A DNA stretch of 64,000 nucleotides, from positions 43,400,001 through 43,464,000 of the forward strand of contig OZ024753.1 of assembly GCA_964016885.1 (NCBI GenBank), written 5' to 3'. The stretch is from Eledone cirrhosa (Eukaryota). Below the pieces are notes generated by a model, which was given only the letters and a program-made list of their open reading frames with translations, ran no database searches and was not told where the DNA came from. Below are positions 1-13,443 of this stretch, piece by piece. Every line of letters begins with the position of its first letter. The stretch's first letter is position 1. The position numbers and the translations under genes are program-made.

Positions 1-180
1 GAGCGAGAGAGAGAGGGGGAGGGGGAGACTCATTGGTTAGACAACGAATAGAGAGAGAGAGGGGGGAGGGGGAGACTCATTGGTTAGACAACGAATAGAG
101 CGAGAGAGAGGGGGGAGGGGGAGACTCATTGGTTAGACGAATAGAGAGAGAGAGAAAGACTCTCATCGGTTAGACAACCA
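1..180. repeat. GA-rich ~45-50-bp minisatellite, 3-4 copies, runs off the window start
   Basis: Unit GAGAGAGAGGGGGAGGGGGAGACTCATTGGTTAGACAACGAATA repeated at ~6, ~51, ~102, with a degenerate fourth copy. Confidence 0.85.
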
Positions 181-187
181 ATATATA

Positions 188-352
188 TTGGTATAGGGTC
201 GGATGCCGTTCTTTGCAGCAAAGAGTTACGGCCCTTTATGGTCTGCGTTGAAATCTTGCCGAGGTTAACTTTGCCTTTCATCCTTACGAGGTCGATAAAA
301 TAAAGTACCAGTAATACACTGGGATAATTGCTGGCCTTGTGCCAAAAGTAGA

Positions 353-358
<6 letters not shown>
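188..358 (+). mobile_element. tRNA-head SINE family A, 5'-truncated copy
   Basis: Degenerate B-box (GTTGAAATC) then ACTTTGCCTTTCATCCTTACGAGGTCGATAAAATAAAGTACCAG...GCTGGCCTTGTGCCAAAAGTAGAAAC, shared with many copies in the window. Confidence 0.8.
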
Positions 359-399
<41 letters not shown>

Positions 400-703
400 A
401 AGTTAAATAAAAGTCAAATGATTAAAATTTAGCTTCGTTTATTACTGCTATATATATTTCAGTGACAGCCATCTTTGGCTGTGACCTCTTCAGGCAGTTT
501 GAATTAGTATGGTATAGGCAAGTACATATGTTGTTTAGGTGTATGATATTGTCAATACTCTGATATGCCCAGTTCCTTGCTGGGTTGTTAATTCACTGGG
601 GAACTGGAGTCATATGAATTCAAACAAACGAATTTTAGTGTCACAGGTCCCCTTCTCCTCTCATTGGTCAGTTATTAGTGTTGTCTATATATATATATAT
701 ATA

Positions 704-901
704 GAAATGCCAGTAGAAGGAAGATGTAGTAGAGCAAGACTAAGAAAGACATGGGCGGAGGTGGTGAGAGTGGACCTCAGATCGCTGAAGCTCACGGAGG
801 AGATGACGAAGGACCGTGACAAGTGGAGAGATGCTGTGCTGAATAGGACCCGTCCCACCCTTGCAAGCAGGGAAAAGTGGATGTAAAATGATGATGATGA
901 T
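704..901 (+). mobile_element. RTE-clade LINE 3' end (ORF C-terminus plus (ATG)n tail)
   Basis: Translates to MPVEGRCSRARLRKTWAEVVRVDLRSLKLTEEMTKDRDKWRDAV, matching the G.R.RGRP.KTW...DR..WR motif after the RT domain of RTE LINEs; ends in ATGATGATG. Confidence 0.8.
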
Positions 902-999
902 ATATACAGACAGAGAGAGAGAGAGAGAGAGAGGCCCATACCATCATAATCTACTTTCATATAACATTTTAAAACATCGTTTTACTTCTACTACCATAA

Positions 1000-1375
1000 T
1001 AATAATAATGATTTCTTATATAGGCACAAGGCCAGCAATTTTGGGTGAGGTGAAAAATCGATAAAATTGACCCCCAGTGCATTACTGGTGCTTTATTTTA
1101 TTAACCCTATAAGGATGATAGGCAAAGCTGACCTTGGCAATATTTGAACTCAGAATGTAAAAGGCCATAACTCTATGCCTCGAAGCAGGATATCTGACAC
1201 TCTGATAATGGTTTCTGGTTGAGGCACAACACCAGCAGTTTCGAGGGGAAGGGGACAGTTGATTATATCAACCCCAGTATTAAACTGGTACTTTATTTAT
1301 ATTAACTTTAGAAGGATGAAAGGCAAAGTTGACCTCAGCAGGATTTGAACTCAGAAGGTAAAGGGCCGTAACTAA
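1000..1375 (-). mobile_element. Two tandem SINE family A copies
   Basis: Two successive GGCACAA..CCAGCA...GGATGAAAGGCAAAG..GACCT..GC...ATTTGAACTCAGAA blocks. Confidence 0.8.
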
Positions 1376-1688
1376 TGATCCTGGTAATCCACAGCAATAA
1401 TATACCAGCCAGCCATAGAACCTCTGTTGCCACTTCCATCCTGCCATCTATCTCAATCATGAGCCAGGACTTGGATTGTCACCAAGTCCTTACTGTACCA
1501 TTCTATGAGGTTTCCTCACCTAAATTGTTTCTTAACATAACAACCCATCTCACCCATGCAAGCATGGAAAAATGGACATTAATCGATGATGATGATACAC
1601 ACACACACATATCTTTCTATCTATCTATCTATCTTAATAAAGAAACATATCTATCTATCTATCTATCACACACACACACACACACACA

Positions 1689-1859
1689 TATCCCAGGTTC
1701 AATCGGAGGTAACCACAGTAAGTAAGGTACTCAATACTTAGCAAAATATAAATATTTAATATAGAAATAGCTTCAACAGGACTAGAACCATATTACTTGG
1801 ACAGTCGGCTTCCTGATGATTTCTCCCGAATAAAACAGTTCTAGTCCTGTAGAAGCCAT
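1689..1859 (+). mobile_element. (TA)n-associated hammerhead element family C with internal inversion
   Basis: Matches 37518-37612 and 61614-61750; 1768-1788 is the inverted copy of 1837-1857. Confidence 0.7.
1807..1857 (+). ncRNA. Type I hammerhead ribozyme fold, G12A core mutation (predicted inactive)
   Basis: GGCTTC-CTGATGA-T-TTC(TCCC)GAA-T-AAAACAG(TTCTAGTC)CTGTA-GAAGCC; stems I, II and III pair; GUA cleavage triplet. Confidence 0.7.
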
Positions 1860-1873
1860 ATATATATTTTATA

Positions 1874-2150
1874 TCATCATCATCGTTTAACTTCCACGCT
1901 AGCATGGGTTAGACGGGAATTGTCCCACTTGAGGCAAGATTGATCGGGTGACTGTCTCTCGCTCGTATAGGTCTGTCTGGCAGGTTTTCTATGACTGGAT
2001 GCCCTTCCAAACACCAACCACATTTACAGTGTGGACTGGGAGCTTGTTATCGTGTTACTTACATGACCACATTACAGCGTGGACTGTGTGTTTTTCTTGT
2101 GACACCTACACAACCTCATTAGTTTGGACTGGATGTTGTGGTACCAACAT
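1874..2150 (-). mobile_element. RTE LINE 3' UTR fragment (same family as 18414-21520 and 45033-45668)
   Basis: Starts with (CAT)n-CGTTTAAC..CCACGCTAGCATGGGTTAGACGGG and carries one copy of the 112-bp unit. Confidence 0.75.
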
Positions 2151-2191
2151 CTGTGTGTGTGTACATTCATATATATATGTATATATATATA

Positions 2192-2520
2192 TTTATTAAA
2201 ATAACAGATTAAAGTTTAAGCAAAGAATCGCTGCTTTCACCCTTAACGGGATCTTCTGAAACTAACAAGGTCAATCTGTAAACGCAGAACTGGATATTTC
2301 AAAAAACGTTGCAACCGGAGGAAGACAGGAAGACGATACTTTGGTTCGTGGTAACGTTCGCTGGCAAAGAACGGGAAAAAACGAATAATACGTTATTAAT
2401 AGGAGCGGTGAAAAACAATTACGCGCAAAGACAAAACCACACGGTTCTTATATATCTGATATATATTTTCCTTATCGAGCCCTCTTTGGATTTTAGTCTT
2501 CAATTTTATTATTATTACTA
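2192..2520 (-). mobile_element. (TA)n-flanked hammerhead element family A (~330 bp)
   Basis: Reverse-complement copy at 13444-13770, partial copies at 21565-21815 and 11429-11481, all next to (TA)n. Confidence 0.8.
2213..2263 (-). ncRNA. Hammerhead-like fold with variant core CAGAAGA
   Basis: Minus strand AGTTT-CAGAAGA-T-CCC(GTTAA)GGG-T-GAAAGCA(GCGATTCTT)TGCTT-AAACT. Confidence 0.55.
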
Positions 2521-2984
2521 TGTATATATATATATATGTGTGTGTACATTCATATACATATATAAAATAACTTCAGTGATATAGGAGCAAGCTAATCCTG
2601 TCCCAAAAATGTTTAATTCATGGCTCATCTTTTGTATTAAAGTATTATAGTTGATGTTCTCAGATGGAAAAAGTAACCTGTGAGAAGACATCAACAACTC
2701 TGTATTACCATTTAATATCTGTTGGCTTCTGTGAGGACATTGATCTGTGTGGTAGTGGTTGTGTGTCATGACTTGTGTACTAAAACATACTTAAATATAC
2801 ATATAATTGGATACTGGTTGCTGTATTTGTTATCATGAATTTAGACTGATGAATGCTAATGTCTGTAAAAATTCAGAGTATTCTGTCCTTAGCATAATTA
2901 ATTATGTAAATATTTACTAACCTGTAGAATCTGTTTTTCGTCTTACATTTTTTTCATTGTTGTTGAAGTTCATGTTATCTTAAT

Positions 2985-3455
2985 GTTGGGATAATGGTGG
3001 CATGACAAAAACTCAGTCTGCCCTATAGAATGGTTGTGTTGGTGACACAACAAAAGACACCCTGTCTGCCCTGTAAAGTGTTTGTGCTTGTTGTGGCAAC
3101 AAAAGACACCCAGTCTGCCCTGTAAAGTGTTTGTGCTGGTGACACAACAAAAACACACCCAGTCTGCCCTGTAAAGTGGTTGTGCTGGTGACACAACAAA
3201 AACACACCCAGTCTGCCCTGTAAAGTGGTTGTGCTGGTCACAACAAAAAAGTGCCTAATCCAATCTGTCTGTTGGTCATTCAGTCCATGCTATAAATGTG
3301 GTTGGCATTAGGAAGGACATCCAGTCATAGAAACCAAGCCAGAAACAGTTCTGTATGAGCAAGACATGGTCATCTGATCTGTCTTGTATCACAACTAAAC
3401 AACTCACCTAACCCATGCTAGGGTAGAAAACTGGACATTAAACGGTGATGATGAT
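2985..3455 (+). mobile_element. RTE-tailed retroposon remnant with ~50-bp internal tandem repeat (~5 copies)
   Basis: GTGCTGGTGACACAACAAAAACACACCCAGTCTGCCCTGTAAAGTGGTT repeats, then GTTGGCATTAGGAAGGACATCCAG...AACCCATGCTAG...GGACATTAAACGGTGATGATG. Confidence 0.7.
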
Positions 3456-4234
3456 AACCACCTCTTCAGTTAGTAGTAGCTAAATAATTAATCCTCCGTC
3501 ATTTAATATTTCTACTGCGATGACAGTCAACATATTTTCTTAACTGGCCAAAACTTCTGATTCTATCATACAAAAACCACTCATTTTAAAGGGTTTCTAT
3601 TTAAATTAAAATCTTCCAAAATAATTTGCTGTGAGAACCATTTATTAAGTTACTATCTTAGTCTTCATCTTTATCCAACACCAAATTCTATGGCACATAA
3701 GTCCAGAAGTTTCTCCAGAATGAGGTCTTCTGTTTGTTTTGTTAGCAGGAATATTTTTTTTTATTTAATTCCTTTTTACTATCTTAGTAATAAAATGATT
3801 TATAATTTTAGTAAATCATAAAATATTCTTCATTAATTAATTGAAATTTAGTGTATTTCATTAGTAACATGATCATGAAATGATTAACTCTTAACCTCCT
3901 GTACCACATAAAATCACATTAGCAAGACATTCTTAAAAAGTATAAAACTGCATTATGGCTGCATCACATTAAGTATTTATGTCTTTACTCTAATTCGCCT
4001 GCTTTTTGCAAAGTCCTGTCCCATAGTAAAGGTACTATAAATATTTGAATTAACAAACCACATGAAACTACATTAGCAAGACATCCTTTAAAAGTTCAAA
4101 ACAACAATACAACTGCATCACATTAAAAATTAATGTTTTTACTCTAAACAGATGTTTATAATGAACTGTATGTATCTAAATTAATCATACAAATTGGTAT
4201 AAAACTGTTTTCCTTTAAGGTTAAGTAATGCATA

Positions 4235-4475
4235 ATGAAGGCCATCAGAAATGGTAAACATAGATTGGTTGACCACGTCTCTCATCTCAGAGACAACAGG
4301 TGGACTATTAGAGTGACAGGATGGACACCAAGGCAGTGGAGAAGAACCAGAGGGTGGCCAAAGGGAAGATGGTGTGATGATCTGACCCGATACATCGGCC
4401 CCCAAATGGCCTAATATCGCTAGAGGTGGGAAGCAGTGGAGGTCAACTAGGGAGGGGTTCCTCCAACAGGAGTGA
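4235..4475 (+). mobile_element. Old RTE-clade LINE C-terminal fragment, frameshifted
   Basis: Translates to HVSHLRDNRWTIRVTGWTPRQWRRTRGWPKGRWCDDLTRYIG, +1 frameshift in the C run near 4400, then KWPNIARGGKQWRSTREGFLQQE*. Confidence 0.75.
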
Positions 4476-5399
4476 GTAAGCCCTAGATTTTGGACTTTAA
4501 ATGCACCTCTCTCATGTTTGTGTCTTATTTCACCTTATTGGTAGCGGTAGACCTGATCTCAGCAATACACTTAGGTCTTCAATGTTAGAGGTCAGAAGGA
4601 TTTAGTGGAACATTTGCCAAGGTCAAGGTTGAGAGTTTTAATATTTACCATTGTTGACTTTATATAAAATTAATCTTTAATAAAACCAGATTACACCTTG
4701 CTTTGCTAACATTTCACAAAAACTGTTACCTACCGAAAGCTAGGATCTAATTTATTCTTTAAAATATCTCCTATGGGAACTAATTTTTCCATTATCATTC
4801 CAATTGAAGTATATGATGGCTCTGTTTTCATAAGCATACTTTCATTTCTATATAGAAACATTTTCAAATAAAGATACCATAATTGTAGCTATAGATTCTT
4901 CTCTAATCCCATGCTTTTGCTACTTAAAGCAATGTTTTAAATATACTTAAATATACTTAAATTCTCAACAATTTCTAGATCTTTAATGTGGTTTTCAGCA
5001 ATGTTTATGTGGAAAGAAACCAAATAGACTCTGCTTGACACAAACACAAGCATTTTAAAGCAAGATATTGATTGTATGTGATACCATTAGCATTAAATGC
5101 ATCAGCTACTAGCTTAAATGGATTTATCTTTGTAGTATACTGGATTCTACATAATCTTTCCAATGATTAGGGTTTCAGTGAGAACAACATCATCACGTTT
5201 AATAACTAGAACCTTCGTGATATATGTGATTTGAGAATTCTCTCTTTATACTAGTCTAAATTCTATGCATGTGTAAGAATTCGGAATATAAAGGCCATGT
5301 ATTCAAGTTATAAAATTAAAGAAATAAACATGTATTTATACACATGTGGGAAGTGTGGGTTTATGCAAATATGTGTTTGTTGTATTGGACCTTTGTTGG

Positions 5400-5555
5400 T
5401 TTATTGGCAGTCATTTAGAATGTCAGATAGAATGCTTTGTGGTATTTGTTCCGGCTCACTGCTTGCTGAGTTCAAATCCTGGTGAGGTCAACTTTGCCTT
5501 TCATTTATTCTAGGTAAAAAAAAAAATGTACCAGTCAAGTACTGGGGTCAATTCT
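5400..5555 (+). mobile_element. Diverged SINE family A copy
   Basis: TGGCAG A-box-like start, GAGTTCAAATCC B-box, ACTTTGCCTTTCAT and GTACCAGTCAAGTACTGGGGTC. Confidence 0.6.
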
Positions 5556-6342
5556 TCCTCTATATCTCTTTCTCACTTCCATTCTTTCACTCACTCTCCT
5601 TTTCTGGAAGAAAACTATTGTATTCAAACCTGGAGAGGAGATGGGGGTCCGCCAGGTTTTAAAATACCTAAAATTCACCCAGGAGTAACAAGCTTGCATT
5701 GGGCCTATGTTGGTTTCAATGAAGAATGTTCTAATTGTTTGATCAATGGAACAGCCCTCCCATGTAATTAACACACAAATGGCTCAGCTTGGAGTTTACA
5801 CATGTTTGGAAAAAAGACTACACACACACACAAGTACATGGTTGTGTGTCTCTTTATTTCTGTTTGAGGTTTTATATCAGCATAAAAGACAGTTACTCAC
5901 CAAACTGTGAACCTTTTATAGCTAACCAAACACCAAATTATAATTTATGAAAAATTAAAGTTTGAAAATTCTTAAATAATTTGCATAGTTTTAACAGCGA
6001 GATTATCAGACAGATACTAATGATATTGTTTGGTATGCTTGACTGAATTTCCTCTGCTACTTTTCTTTTACTGCATCAGTTATTCAGCGATGGCTATTTC
6101 CTGCTTTGCAATATCAAAGCATACCCCTTCCTCCCTTATCAAAATATGGAACATATGAACAGCAAGACTTGGTCATGCAACTATGTCTTGTCTAAAATCA
6201 TCAGGACCCATTCAACCCATGCCAGCATGGGGGAAAAAAGAAACGAAAAAAAAACAAAAAACATATGCAAACGGATGTTGATAATGAGGTTGGTGACCCA
6301 TAAATATGAATAGTAATAGTTCCAGAATGCACAACACAACTT

Positions 6343-6715
6343 CATCATCATCATTGCCGTTTAATGTCTATTTTCAATGTTTGCATGGGTTTGATAGGTT
6401 GTCATTTACTGAGACTTGACTGGTCAACTAACCATACTTTGCTCATATGTTCTGGTCCCTTTCTTGACATTTATTTACAGCTGGAGGCCCTCCTTAATAT
6501 CTATCAGCTTTTAATGGGTGTATTTTATCATGACACCAACACTAGTACTTTACAGAGTGTACTGGGTGTATTTTATCATGACACCAACACTACTACTTTA
6601 CAGAGTGTATTGGGTGTATCTTATGACACCAACACTACCACTTTACAGAGTGTACTGGGTGTATTTTATGATGACTCCAGCACTATCATCTTACAGAGTG
6701 GACTAGTCAGTGGAC
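6343..6715 (-). mobile_element. RTE-tailed retroposon remnant with ~51-bp tandem repeat (~4 copies)
   Basis: (CAT)n..GTTTAATGTC..TTGCATGGGTT tail and repeated TGGGTGTATTTTATCATGACACCAACACTACTACTTTACAGAGTGTAC. Confidence 0.65.
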
Positions 6716-7699
6716 AAAGGATGCATAGGGTCATGAAGATGGCCTTGGGGAAAGTAATTTGCTTATGTTGGTATATTGTAGCAGGCCCTACACACAGCAA
6801 TGTGATACTTCCTTACATATGGTCCACTAACATCTGCCTTAGCCAGCCCCTTCTCAATTGATCGCTGTCATGACCATTTCAACCTCATCAGGATTAACTA
6901 ATTAGTGGAGGAAATATTTTCTCGATTTATCAAATATCTGAAACTAACAATTATACATCTAACTTATTAAATAATAGCAGCCTTACATATAAAACTACTT
7001 CTTGTTCTTAACATTGTATTCATCAAGCTAAGATTATTAAGCTAAAATCATTTTCAGATGTTACCATAGATTCTTAAGAAGCACTATTATTTCTCAGTAT
7101 CATTTCATTTTAATATGGCTTCTATTGAATGTATAGACGGCTTTCTCAGTAAATTTTGCTGCTGGCATAATTTTCTGTTTCTCTCCTTTGTCAGTGAAAA
7201 ACACTCTCTCAAACTAATTGTAAAAGTATGAAATTGTTATGATATAAAACTAGCTCCATTCTTAAGCAAGCTGCCCATGCTTTTGTTTTGTAATCTACCT
7301 CAAAACAAAAGACTGTTTTATTTATGGTGGATTCTTGTAAATAAGAATTCTATATAGCTGACTTTTATAACATTGTTTTTATAGCTTCTACTCTCATCCA
7401 ACTAGTCTTTCTTGTCGTTGTCATCATCGTCATCACTTCCATCTTAACCATTAACCTCACCATCTCCACCACTACTATCTCCATCACCCTCAGCATCACC
7501 TCCACCATCACTACCACCACTACTAGCACCATCACCACAAGTTGATGTCAAATAATGAATCTGATGATGCTGGTGCCATAGAATAATAGGGTTGCCATTG
7601 TGACATATGGCACTGTTTGGGGGCTATTTCAATGCTGGTGGAATCCACCCCACAGCAGGTTAGAACACAGCCATGAGAGTATCTTGGTCAGCCTATGAA

Positions 7700-8200
7700 C
7701 CTTTCAGCTGAACCTTGTATCCTGCCAAGCCTTCTATCTAATGTCCTAACTCTTGTGGTTTTCTATCCTGGTGAGGTTGATGATGATGATGAGCAATGTG
7801 AAGTAAAGTGTCTTGCTGAAGAGCACACTATGTCATCCAATCGAGGGAACCAATTTCAGCTGGACCTTGTATCTTGCAAGGCCTTCTGTCTAATGTCTTA
7901 AGAACTCTCCCAGTTTTCCATCATGATGAGGATGATGATGATGAGCAATGTGAAGTAAAGTGTCTTGCTGAAGAGCACAATATGTCATCCAATCGAGGGA
8001 ACCAATTTCAGCTGGACCTTGTATCTTGCAAGGCCTTCTGTCTAATGTCTTAAGAACTCTCCCAGTTTTCCATCATGATGAGGATGATGATGATGAGCAA
8101 TGTGAAGTAAAGTTCTTGCTGAAGAGCACAATGTCTCATCCAATCAAAGGAACCAAACTGTTGGCTTTGTTATCGTAAACAAGCTCAACAGTTTAACCAC
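7700..8200 (-). repeat. 152-bp tandem triplication spanning a SINE head and a (GAT)n tail
   Basis: GAGCAATGTGAAGTAAAG at 7791, 7943 and 8095 (period 152). Confidence 0.85.
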
Positions 8201-8671
8201 AAAGCCCCCCCCCCCCCCAGAACACATAACAAAGTGTAAGACTGGATATGAACCAGCCACCCCATCAACTTGTTGTCCAGCTCCAGCCCCAGCTCTGTGT
8301 CATATATCAGATACCAAAGAAAAAGGAAAAAAAAACAATTTTCAAATCTATAGTTATGTTTAATGATAGATGTAGTGGATGTACAGTATGAATTTTATTG
8401 GTTTGGTATGGGAAACTGTCATTTCATTGGTCTGGTATGGGAAACTGTCATTTTCAGTCTAAAAAAAAAAAATTGTATATTGGAAAACAAAAAAAAAAAC
8501 TGAAGAGAGAAAAGAAAATTGTCGAAACGAGGCAAGGAACGTGTCATTTTGAATTTATGTTATTGTTAATGGTGCGTCTTCATAAATATAAAACATGTTA
8601 AAGGTGGATAATATATAATATATGGGATGCTAGAAGAAATGTGTTCAGGAAGGAAACATCTTTTTTTCCTC

Positions 8672-8674
<3 letters not shown>

Positions 8675-8706
<32 letters not shown>

Positions 8707-8785
8707 GTATACATAAATATCCCCTATACACACACACATATATATATATATATTATGTGTGTGTTTATATATACAAATATCCCCT

Positions 8786-8836
<51 letters not shown>

Positions 8837-8850
8837 AATATCCCCAATAT

Positions 8851-8884
<34 letters not shown>

Positions 8885-8920
8885 GTATACAACACAAATA
8901 TCCCCTATATATATATATCC
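8675..8920. repeat. Compound (TA)n/(CA)n microsatellite with repeated AAATATCCCC spacer
   Basis: Direct inspection. Confidence 0.9.
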
Positions 8921-10166
8921 ATATTTTCCCTCGAAGCTGTTGGCTGACAGAATACTTTATTCTGTCACTTTCTATTTTGTTCAGTTATCATCCTCATAAT
9001 GTAATCATCTTTTTTCCTCTATAACTTTATCTTTCTTTCTCATCTCTCTACCTTAATATCCTATTTATCTACGTAACTTTATTTCCAGCAAATATCTAAT
9101 AAACTTTCAATAAATCCAAAGCTGTGTTAATCCTATTAACTATCCCTATATCACAAATCATTGAGAACCTTGTACGGAGAGAGAGCATACCACAAGCTCT
9201 TTCCATATAATAATAAAATAAGTAATGATTTGAATTTTTAATGGGATATGAACTCCTTTGATCTATGAGGCTACTAGCCATTAATGTGATAATTCTGTTT
9301 GAAATAGAGTATCAATTTCTCTCAAATTTTTGACTAGCATTCAAAAATATATTCTCTGTTTGAAAACATTTGAAAATTATAGCTGTAATATTAAAATCTA
9401 AAGTACAAGTAAATTTCTTTCAAAATGAAAATTTCACAGTCCTGAAAGAATAGCACCAGCGTTGATGATGTAGATGCATGAATAAATTAATTTGTTTAAT
9501 CTAAGGATACAGTTATTCATTTTAGAACTTAGCATCTACTTTGTATTCATCTGTAGGTTAGATGATCCTATAAAATCATATTTTCTTTGATTGCCGGGAC
9601 AATTATAATGATAGTTTCTGAGTTAATTTAGGCACAAGGCCAGCAATTTTAGGGGAGTGGTGGCGTTGGAGGGTGGGGGAATAACAAGTCAATGAAAGTG
9701 ACCCCATTATTTCACAAGTACTTTATTTTACTGGCCTTTACAGATGTCCTAGGTATGACATTAAACTGCATCCAGTGGCCAGGCTCCAGTTGAGAAGTTG
9801 TGAGGAATGTCTAGTTACCCCTGAGTTGTTATCACTCCCAGGTCTGCTCTGGGCTGGAGCAGTAATACCTGTTAAGGCTTCATTTATAGGTTGCATAATT
9901 ACATTACTCGAATGGCGCCGGTGAGGTATTATCAGCCATTGAAAAGAAAAGAAAACAGATGAATTAAAGACAAAGTTGAACCTAAAACTCAGTGTAAAAA
10001 GTCAGAACAAATGCCACAGTGACATTTTATTTGATGCTCTACCAACTCTACCACTCTCAATGATAATAATACATCCAAATTTGAGAGAGAGAGTAAGAGA
10101 GAGAGAGAGTGATTCAGAGCAAGTGAGAGAACAGAAGTGCAAGAAAGTGAAGAGAGAGAGAGAGCT

Positions 10167-10620
10167 AGGGGTTGATTTAATCGACTTTCCCCTCCCCCCA
10201 AATTGCTGGCCTTGTGCCTAAATCAGAAATCATTATTATTAAGGGGTTGACAGTATCAGTAGAGGGTCGGATGTCATGCTTTCTAGCATAGTTACTTCCC
10301 CTTATGATCTGAGGAGGTTGACTTTGCCTTTCATCCTTACTGGGTCGATAAAATAAAGTACCAGTAATGTACTGGGTAATTGCTGGCCTTGTGCCTAAAG
10401 TAGAAACAATTATTATTAAGGGTGGTGGATTGGCAGTATCAGTAGAGGGTCGGATGTCATGTTTTCTAGCATAGAGTTACTTCCCTTTATGATCTGAGTT
10501 CAAATCCCACCAAGGTTAGCTTTGCCTTTCATCCTTACGGGGTTGATAAAATAAAGTACCAGTAATGTACTGGGTAATTGCTGGCCTTGTGCCAAAAGTA
10601 GAAACAATTATTATTATTAT
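10167..10620 (+). mobile_element. Head-to-tail SINE family A array (tail plus 2 copies)
   Basis: Copy at 10418 has TGGCAGTATCAG A-box and GAGTTCAAATCC B-box; each copy ends GCTGGCCTTGTGCC.AAAGTAGAAACAATTATTATT. Confidence 0.85.
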
Positions 10621-11319
10621 TAACACTGTAAAAATGAATTAGAAGAAATCCTCTTTATTTAGTTCTCAGTGAAACTCAACATGACACAAAATATGGCGAG
10701 CCTAATCTTAGAATTATTGGTACAATTAATGTTTTCCACCTGAGTGAACTTGTTCCAGAAATCAAACTCATGACCTTACAATTGGGAGATGAATGCACTA
10801 AAGACTAAGCCAGTACCTTCAGGTTTCCACCTTAATAATCTGAATATGGTGGTGGTGATGGTGATAATGACCATGATGAAATAGTTTGGCAGAAGAAATA
10901 TAGACTTGAAAAATCTGCAGTGAAATTCCCACTTAGTAAATATATGAAAGAGATCCAAAGTTTTCGAGATGAAAAATAAAAATATGATCATTTATAGAAT
11001 ATTTCCTATTCTTAAATTGAGTGGGTGGGTGTGGGGTGGGGGATGATGGAAGAAAATTGTATGAAAGTTTTCTGTCTATTGAAAACTGGTTCATCTCATT
11101 GTGTTAAAGATCTCTTGTTAAACATAATGAGGTCATAAAAAATGTATTAAACTCAACCAAGTTCAAGCAATATTTCTATAATTAATGGTTTGGGAAAATT
11201 CCAAGAACATTCAATTTACCTCAAATACCTCTTGAATTTTTTTTTTTTTTTCCTTTTCTTTCAATCTATTTCTACATTTTTTTCTCCCATTACCCATAAA
11301 AAACTATGAGATGATGATG

Positions 11320-11371
<52 letters not shown>

Positions 11372-11428
11372 TATCTATATATAAATATATACACAAATAT
11401 ATATGCATATATATATACATACATATAT

Positions 11429-11481
11429 GTTAAGGGTGAAAGCAGCAATTCTTTGCTTAGACTTTAATCTGTTATTTTAAT
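11429..11481 (+). mobile_element. 5'-truncated family A hammerhead element fragment in (TA)n
   Basis: GTTAAGGGTGAAAGCAGCAATTCTTTGCTTAGACTTTAATCTGTTATTTTAATA matches 13715-13767. Confidence 0.75.
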
Positions 11482-12254
11482 ATATATGTATATATATATA
11501 CATACACATGTGTTTGTGTGTATAAATAAATGTGTGGGTATGTGTGTATATATATATATGTGTATACACACACACACCACACACCACACATATATATAGT
11601 AGAATCATATAGAGGTATTCTGTAAATATAAGGGAACAATAAAAGCTGTGTATATAGATAATTAAATTTCAGTGAAACAATCAAGATTTTTGTTGCATAA
11701 AGAGGACATATAGGTAGAAACAATAAAAATACACCCCCCCCCCCTCCCTACCAAAAAGAAAAATAATAAAACTTTCCAAAACCATTAATTAATTTAAGCA
11801 TATCTTTATTGTAGTTTTATGGAACCTTAGGGGAAATTATTGCTGAAAAATGTAGGTTAAGGCCCACCAGTACAAAGAAATTATATATATATATATATAG
11901 ACAGAAGATAGATAAATAGATGATAGATAGGAAAGAGATGAATAGATAAATAGAGAGATAATAGAAGATAGATAATGGGGAATGAGTAAAAAAGAGAGAG
12001 AGAGAGAGAGAGCCCCATTTAAAATGATCAAAAGATTTATCAATTGAACTCCCTCCCATAAATATTGAGTTGTACCCAGTAATGTTCATTAGTATGTATG
12101 ATAGGTGATGGTTGTTCATGGTTTAGCCCCTCTAAAACACAGGCCTGTGGGAGTCCAGTAGTTTCTAACATATCAAGTCTCCTTTCATCATTGCACTGAT
12201 GTTGTCCAAGACAAAGACCAATAAAGCTGGCTCTGTCACTGTCATTCCAACTAA

Positions 12255-12535
12255 TTATTTCCCAGCTGAGTGGACTGGAGTAGTAAAAGTTAAAGTGTCT
12301 TGCCCAAGGACACAATGCACATGTACTGCCTGGTTTGTGAATCAAACTTGAGACTTTACAATCATAATCCTAACTCCCTAACCACTGACAAATTTTTTCC
12401 CAGCTGAGTGGACTGGAGTAGTAAAAGTTAAAGTGTCTTGCCCAAGGATACAATGCACATGTACTGTCTGGTTTGTTAATCAAACTTGTGACTTTACAAT
12501 CATGATCCTAACTCCCTAACCACTGAGCTACAAAC
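12255..12535 (-). mobile_element. SINE (family B-related) head, tandemly duplicated (period 137)
   Basis: CCCAGCTGAGTGGACTGGAG...AAGTGTCTTGCCCAAGGA...CCCTAACCACTGA present twice. Confidence 0.75.
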
Positions 12536-13443
12536 ATCCCCACTGTACATTTTAGCCATGATAATATAGGTGTAAATATCAATAACGATTCCTATGTGAA
12601 AACTACTAGATAACAGAATATTAATTTCATTGTTATAATTTCTTTTGAAGACACCAAACCTCTATATTTATAAAGCTGGAAGAAATGGGATGCTGGTTAC
12701 CATTCTATCGAGAATTCATAACAGAATGGAAGCAAATTATTTCTGTAATGAAGTGAAATAATATTTCAGCCTTTCCTCCTTGGAGTATTACCTGTGGGGT
12801 GTTTTTTAACACTTGCTACAGAAATATTGTAAATGTCTCCTAAGCTTCATTGTTTAACTCCAGGTTTATAGCTTTAAGCAAATTGGAGATAAGTATCCTC
12901 TTGTATATACTACATGTCTAGCTCTGATTAGATTCTTAGATGATTTTGATTCTGACATTTCAGTAAACTGAGGGACGAAATATTAGAAATATTAGCTCTA
13001 CTGTCCAAATACACATTGAAATGGATGCAGTAGATTTGAATTTAAGACATATGAGCTATTAGTCTAATATTATATTCCTATAGCCATTCCAATTTTAATC
13101 TAAACCACATTGCAGCAGAAGACACATGATCAGGAGATATTGCAATATCATAGGAGGAATTTATGTTAGTGAAAATTATAATGACTTATGATGCAGCATT
13201 TTGTGGAAATATATAAATATACTAATACGGCAACAATGTTGAGCCAAATAAAGAGATAAATCTGAGGAGATATATATATATATGTATAATTATAATATTT
13301 AACTCCGTAATAGTACCACCACCAACTACAAAAACAAAGACGGTTGAACTGCTTTACGTTGAGTACTCTCTATATTATTACATTACGATTGACCATACGG
13401 AATAGCTCTATACAGTGGTGAACCTCAAACCTGAACATATATA

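Noticed and set aside
12864-12962. Open 99-nt plus-strand exon candidate (VYSFKQIGDKYPLV...) and a 60-nt minus-strand candidate near 10780-10839
   Set aside because: Mediocre splice sites and no recognisable protein similarity; expected by chance in 64 kb.
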